NCBI GenBank assembly: GCA_002269645.1 | Contig: NIVC01002678.1 | Location: forward strand, 62,001-126,000 | Length of the DNA: 64,000 nucleotides | Source of the DNA: Macrostomum lignano | Taxonomy: Eukaryota | Direction of reading: 5' to 3' | In this document: positions 59,322 to 64,000 of the stretch, piece after piece | Position numbering within the stretch: the stretch's first letter is position 1 | Layout: every line of letters begins with the position of its first letter | Made by a program: the position numbers and the translations under genes | Notes under the pieces: generated by a model | Database searches by the model: none | Told to the model about the DNA's origin: nothing | Seen by the model: the letters and a program-made list of their open reading frames with translations, nothing else

Positions 59322-62300
59322 ATGCACGCCTGTCTGGCTGCAGTGATCGCAATTGCATTGCTTGGATTTCAAGTTGAAGCTGCAGAAAAAGACACCAGCA
59401 AGACTGTCGATGCCAACGCCCTGGAGCAGTACGGTCCGGCTGTAGACGCGATTGCAGACGCAATCAGCAACTCAGACAAGAAGACCAAGGACTTGCTGGA
59501 TGATCTCACGCAATCAACTGACGGTCAAGCCACCCCACTAATCACCAAGGAAATTCTAAAGAACATGCTAAACGAGCGCTCGGCAAAGACGCAGAAAGCG
59601 GGCACTAGATCCATCAGTCTGCAGGCCGAGCAGGGCTTCAACGGATTCTCCAACTATCAGCCTTCGGGTTGGGTGATGACGGAGACTGTGGGCGAGCCTG
59701 ACAAGGTGACGGAAGACGCAGAAGACAAGATGCCCGTCTATGTCTATCCGATGGGAGTTGGTCCGGTGTTGATGAATGGGTGCACAGGTGCATCCTATCC
59801 CAAGACTAGCAAATGCTACTCCAGCAAGGTTCCTGGCAATGGCAATACAATCTGCATGAAGCTCCTGGATGCTGCCGCGTACATCGGCGTCGGCTTCGAC
59901 GGACGAGGATTCTACAAGATCGAGAGCCGCAAAGCCAGTCTGGTGCAACGCTACTGCTCCAACATGGCTAAATTCCTGGGCAAGGACGTACCCGACACGA
60001 TGAACGTGTTTGGTATCTTCGAGACCACAGCTGAGACCAAGTCGTTCCGGTCTGCGGACGAGTACATGAGCTACATCAGGGACAAAGCCGGTCTATCAGA
60101 GCAGCGAAATTTGTTCTTGAGCGAGGCTCGCCAGCACGGCACTTCTGAGGCGTCTGGGTTCAATCTCGGTGCGATAGGTGGAATCGTCGGTGGTGCTATT
60201 GGAGCCATAGCGGGTGGGCCTGCGGGAGCGGCCTTGGGAGCGACGCTTGGTGGCGCGGTGGGTGGCTCAATTTCATCTGGATCAGGAGAAAGCTCTGGCG
60301 ACTCATCATCAACCACTAGCAGCCAATCGGCCTCAAAAAATTCACAGTATTCCCAGGCTGCAAGAAAACAAGGTTCTACTGAGGATTTCTTTGCCATCAT
60401 GTATGTGAGTGTAATCATGTACGAAATTTCACTGGATGATGTGAAGCCCAATGACATCAACTTCGCTGCGCTCAGAGACTACATGAGTCTTCCAGAGTCC
60501 TACTTTTCAGTGGGCGCTGCCAGCAAATTTCAAGACTTTCTGCTACGCTGGGGCACGCATTTTATCCGGTCTGGAAAGTTCGGCGGTCAGCTAAAAATCA
60601 CAAAGAGAGCAAAGACAAACAAGTTTGCGTCGTCGGAAGAGTTTGCCAGTCTGGCTGAGACCGAGTTCCAGTCAATGTTTTCATCGCTGCAGTCAAAGTA
60701 TTCTCAGCAAACCACTCGTACAGGCTTTTTGGGTTTTGGCGGAAAGAAAACTACTACAACGAAATCGAGCAGTGCAAAGTCGGAGAGCCAGTACAGGAGC
60801 ACAAGAAATGAACGTAATCAAGAGTCGCACAGTTCTAGCGGGTCCGAGTTTACCCAGACCACCGTCGAGGCTCAGGGAGGAACTCCGGAAATCGCAGAAG
60901 CCCTCGTTGACTTTTACACTCCGGCATTCAAGCAGCTGTACCACAGGTGGATCGCCTCCATCAATGACTATGTGAAGCCGTTCGAGTTCAAGCTGAAGCC
61001 CATCGATCAGCTGTTCGACATGAACATGGACGACCTGTTTCCGGCTGGAAACCGCGACTTTGGCTGTGTTGGAAGTGCGGGGAGCAAAGTGAATATTTTG
61101 ACAGAGCCCAAAACTCGTCGTCGCTACTACCTCGATGAGGAGACTTACTTTGCTAACAATAAGACTAAAACTAAATTGGTTAAGATTTACTGCAAATACA
61201 AGAACCAACAAGACTTTCAGAACGCTCTAAAGAGACGAAGACTCTCACTGGAGAAGGCCGTAGCTGCGTACATGACGGAAGGTCCTTTCCCAACCTCCTC
61301 ACACGAGTTGAAAGCAGGACAACCCGGTTGCGAGAGCTCTACACTGGCCAAGATCGACGTGTTCAACTCAAATAACAACACACTGACGTTTCTGCAGCTC
61401 AAGAAATCCCCGTTTTTAATAGCTTTCGATCTGCCTCAGGATATTCCGAACTTGTTGAAATCGCAAGCCAAGTATGTGATGACGTATCTAAAAGACAGGT
61501 GGTTTGCGACAGAGCCAGGACACCATCATGCGCACTTGTACGAAGGCTGTCAGCTCGAAGGCTTCAAGCCAGCTGAGACTAAGATCTGTATCTGGAGCAT
61601 CATCCTCACCTATGAGGAGGAGACGGGCTTCTTCCATATCGATCCGCTTGACTTTATTGCATCAAAGCGCCGCAACCCAAACCTTCCAGACTGGATAGAG
61701 GGTACCACGTTTGCTAGGGCTTCTCGGATAGAAGGGCAAAAAGGCGCAAACTCCACTGCTGCGGCATCAATTCCGTGCAACGTTCGGTGGTTGAACTCTC
61801 ACAGACTGGACCCTGATCGGGAAGAAAACTGTCTTTACTTTACGGCTGCGACTGCTGGAGACATCTTTGTTATATTCGCGTCCATACCAAGAGACCACAC
61901 AACATGGTACTACCTGCAGATCAATATGGATGGAGTGACATTCTACAAAGCAATGAAACCGCAAAAGAGAGACTATCAGAAGGGAATGGGGACACTTGGT
62001 GACAAGAACCTGTACCAGTCCTACTTCTTGTGTGCGAATCAGGCCAATGGATCAATTCTAATGCAGTTCGGTAAGGCGGGCTCGAACAGCGAGATCGGCA
62101 CTGTCTACTCTGGGTACAAGTTCCGATCGGACAGTCAGTACAGCCGCCTGTCTTTCTACACATTCGGAGCGGGCTCGAAGTCTGTGTCACTGATGGACAT
62201 TCACCTCACCAAGGACATGCCGCAAGTGGAGTGTTTGAACAATAACTACAAGATGGTTGATGGTCACTGCATCCTGGATTGTCACAAAGAGTGCATTGAC

Positions 62301-63666
62301 TGTAATCTAGCAAAAGATGACACCAGCTGCTTCCAGTGTCGCAATGTGCGCGTTGAATTGTGGAATTCTATTGGGGGCAGAAGAGTCAGGACAGTGCAGT
62401 GCTTGCCAGAGTGTCCGGTTGGCTACCAACTGAGTGACAGCAAGGAAAACCTGTGCGTGCCCTGCCAACCAGGTACTTTCAAGAACACAACGGGAAATCA
62501 TAACTGCTTGGCATGCGCTCCTGGATGTTTTTCTGCATCACAAGCGACTGTGAATTGCATGCTCTGCAGTCCAGGAAATTTCGCTTCCAAGCCAGGATCG
62601 GTACAGTGCCAGCAGTGCCATGTTGGAACAGCGAGCAGTTTTAACGGATCAACTTCGTGCGGGGCCTGCAGTGCCGGCTTGTTCGCAGCTCAGCGAGGTC
62701 AAACGGAGTGCACACCATGTCCAGTCGGACAGTTCAATAAAGCAGAGAGACAGACGCAGTGCCAGTTGTGCTCTGCGGGGTTCTTCGCCGACAAGCCAGG
62801 TCAGAAATCTTGCAGTGCTTGCCCTGCTGGAACATCGAGTGCTGAGGGCTCAGTGAGCTGCGCCAACAACTGCAAGAGGGGCGAGTTCAGTCCAGCCGAG
62901 GGCATCCCTTGCGCCAAGTGCCCTGCAGGCTCGTTTACTCCCAGCGCGGGATCGGTAAACTGCACTTCGTGTGCCGAAGGCAGCTATTCCAGTAGCGCTA
63001 GGTCAGCGTCTTGCATCCCGTGCCCTGCTGGGAGCTTTGCTGACCAAATATCCTCAACAAACTGTAGCCAGTGCCCTGCAGGCTCGTTCAGTCCCAGCGC
63101 GGGATCGGTAAATTGCACTTTTTGTGCCAAAGGCAGCTATTCCAGTCGCGCCGGATCAGCTTCTTGCACCCCGTGTCCCCGGGGATTCTACCAGCCACTG
63201 GCAAACCAGACGCACTGTAAGAGCGCCATGCCAGGGTGGTACGTCGACACGGAAGACCGTTCGGAGCAGAGAATGTGTCCGCTGGGGAAGTATTCCGGTG
63301 CTGCTGCATCAGAATGCACCGTTTGTCCTTCTGGGACCTTTGCTGACCGAGTGGGCTCAACCAACTGCAGCCAGTGCCCTGCTGGAAGCTGGAGTAACGC
63401 TGGCTCTGCATCTTGCCAGCTGTGCAAAGGAGGCTCATTCTCAGTTGGAAACGCTGCTAACTGCACTCTGTGCCCAGCAGGCACTTTCTCAAACAGCTCA
63501 GGCAGCAGCGAGTGCTCGAAATGTCCCGCTGGCACCTACGCCAGCGAATCCGGTTCCCAAAAATGCGAATATTGTAATTTGTTTTCCCTTAGTCGTCACA
63601 GCGGAATGACGCATTGTGACCAATGCCCTGACTCTGGGAGTACCTTTGGCACGGATACATGTTACC
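59322..63666 (+). CDS. Secreted MACPF-domain pore-forming-like protein with glycine-zipper insert, furin-like Cys repeat and long GCC2/GCC3 (ephrin-receptor-like) Cys-repeat tail; probably one large exon
   Basis: Signal peptide MHACLAAVIAIALLGFQVEA; IGVGFDGRG; MACPF signature W-G-T-H-F-x6-GG (WGTHFIRSGKFGG, 60549-60587); LKPIDQLF; CHKECIDC; more than 20 CxxCxxG(S/T)(F/Y) units. The ORF runs to a stop at 63674, but GTAAGT at 63667 suggests splicing. Confidence 0.88.
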
Positions 63667-64000
63667 GTAAGTAGGAGCGTAATTGCATTTTCAATATTCT
63701 GTTTGTTGCTTTTATATGGCCTTTATTATCAATAACTCTAAAATTCTTCAGCCAATTTGCGCATGAGGTGTTGGATAAGTTTTGGCGAATGTGAAAAAAC
63801 TATTGATGGCGATTTGGACACATATGGAACAGCAATTATGAGTGACCATGTACCAAAGGGCGCTGAAATATTCCGGACCTATTTCGGGTACAAACTCGAC
63901 CGAGTTTCATCTGTGAAAGGGTTTCTAATCTGGCGGAACAAAAAGTCACGCATGTCATTCAAGAATCTGATGCTGAAACTACTTAATTCTGGTCGGAAAG

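Noticed and set aside
1-64000. Species assignment
   Set aside because: TTAGGG repeats and short introns fit an invertebrate such as a flatworm, but this cannot be established without a database search.

Overview
This is eukaryotic (animal-like) genomic DNA made almost entirely of nested transposons and tandem repeats, with one clear host gene at the right end. There is no rRNA, tRNA, CRISPR array or operon. (1) A minus-strand Ty3/Gypsy retrotransposon spans 4005-45590. It has intact gag and pol ORFs, an AGTA target-site duplication, and LTRs that look identical by eye. (2) Its left LTR is split at an A|T dinucleotide by a 37-kb insert (4188-41184). The insert is an uninterrupted head-to-tail stack of about 19 Helitron units from at least four families, all on the minus strand. 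It begins TC and ends hairpin+CTAG. Some units carry coiled-coil/OTU, HUH-Rep, PIF1 helicase and RPA70-like OB-fold fragments. Others are non-autonomous and carry minisatellites, CT tracts and TTAGGG repeats. (3) A second, defective Gypsy (46146-50532) sits in a 15-bp minisatellite. (4) A 6-kb satellite of 36/37-bp monomers lies at 51.3-57.3 kb, followed by a decayed Helitron helicase fragment. (5) A secreted MACPF protein gene starts at 59322. It has a glycine-zipper insert and a long Cys-rich (GCC2/GCC3-like) tail, and probably continues past a splice donor at 63667. (6) A tandem PC4-like ssDNA-binding ORF (1177-1761) lies next to Gypsy debris. The most striking observation is the polarised multi-family Helitron stack inside a very young LTR. 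All family assignments are motif recognition by eye; no searches were run.
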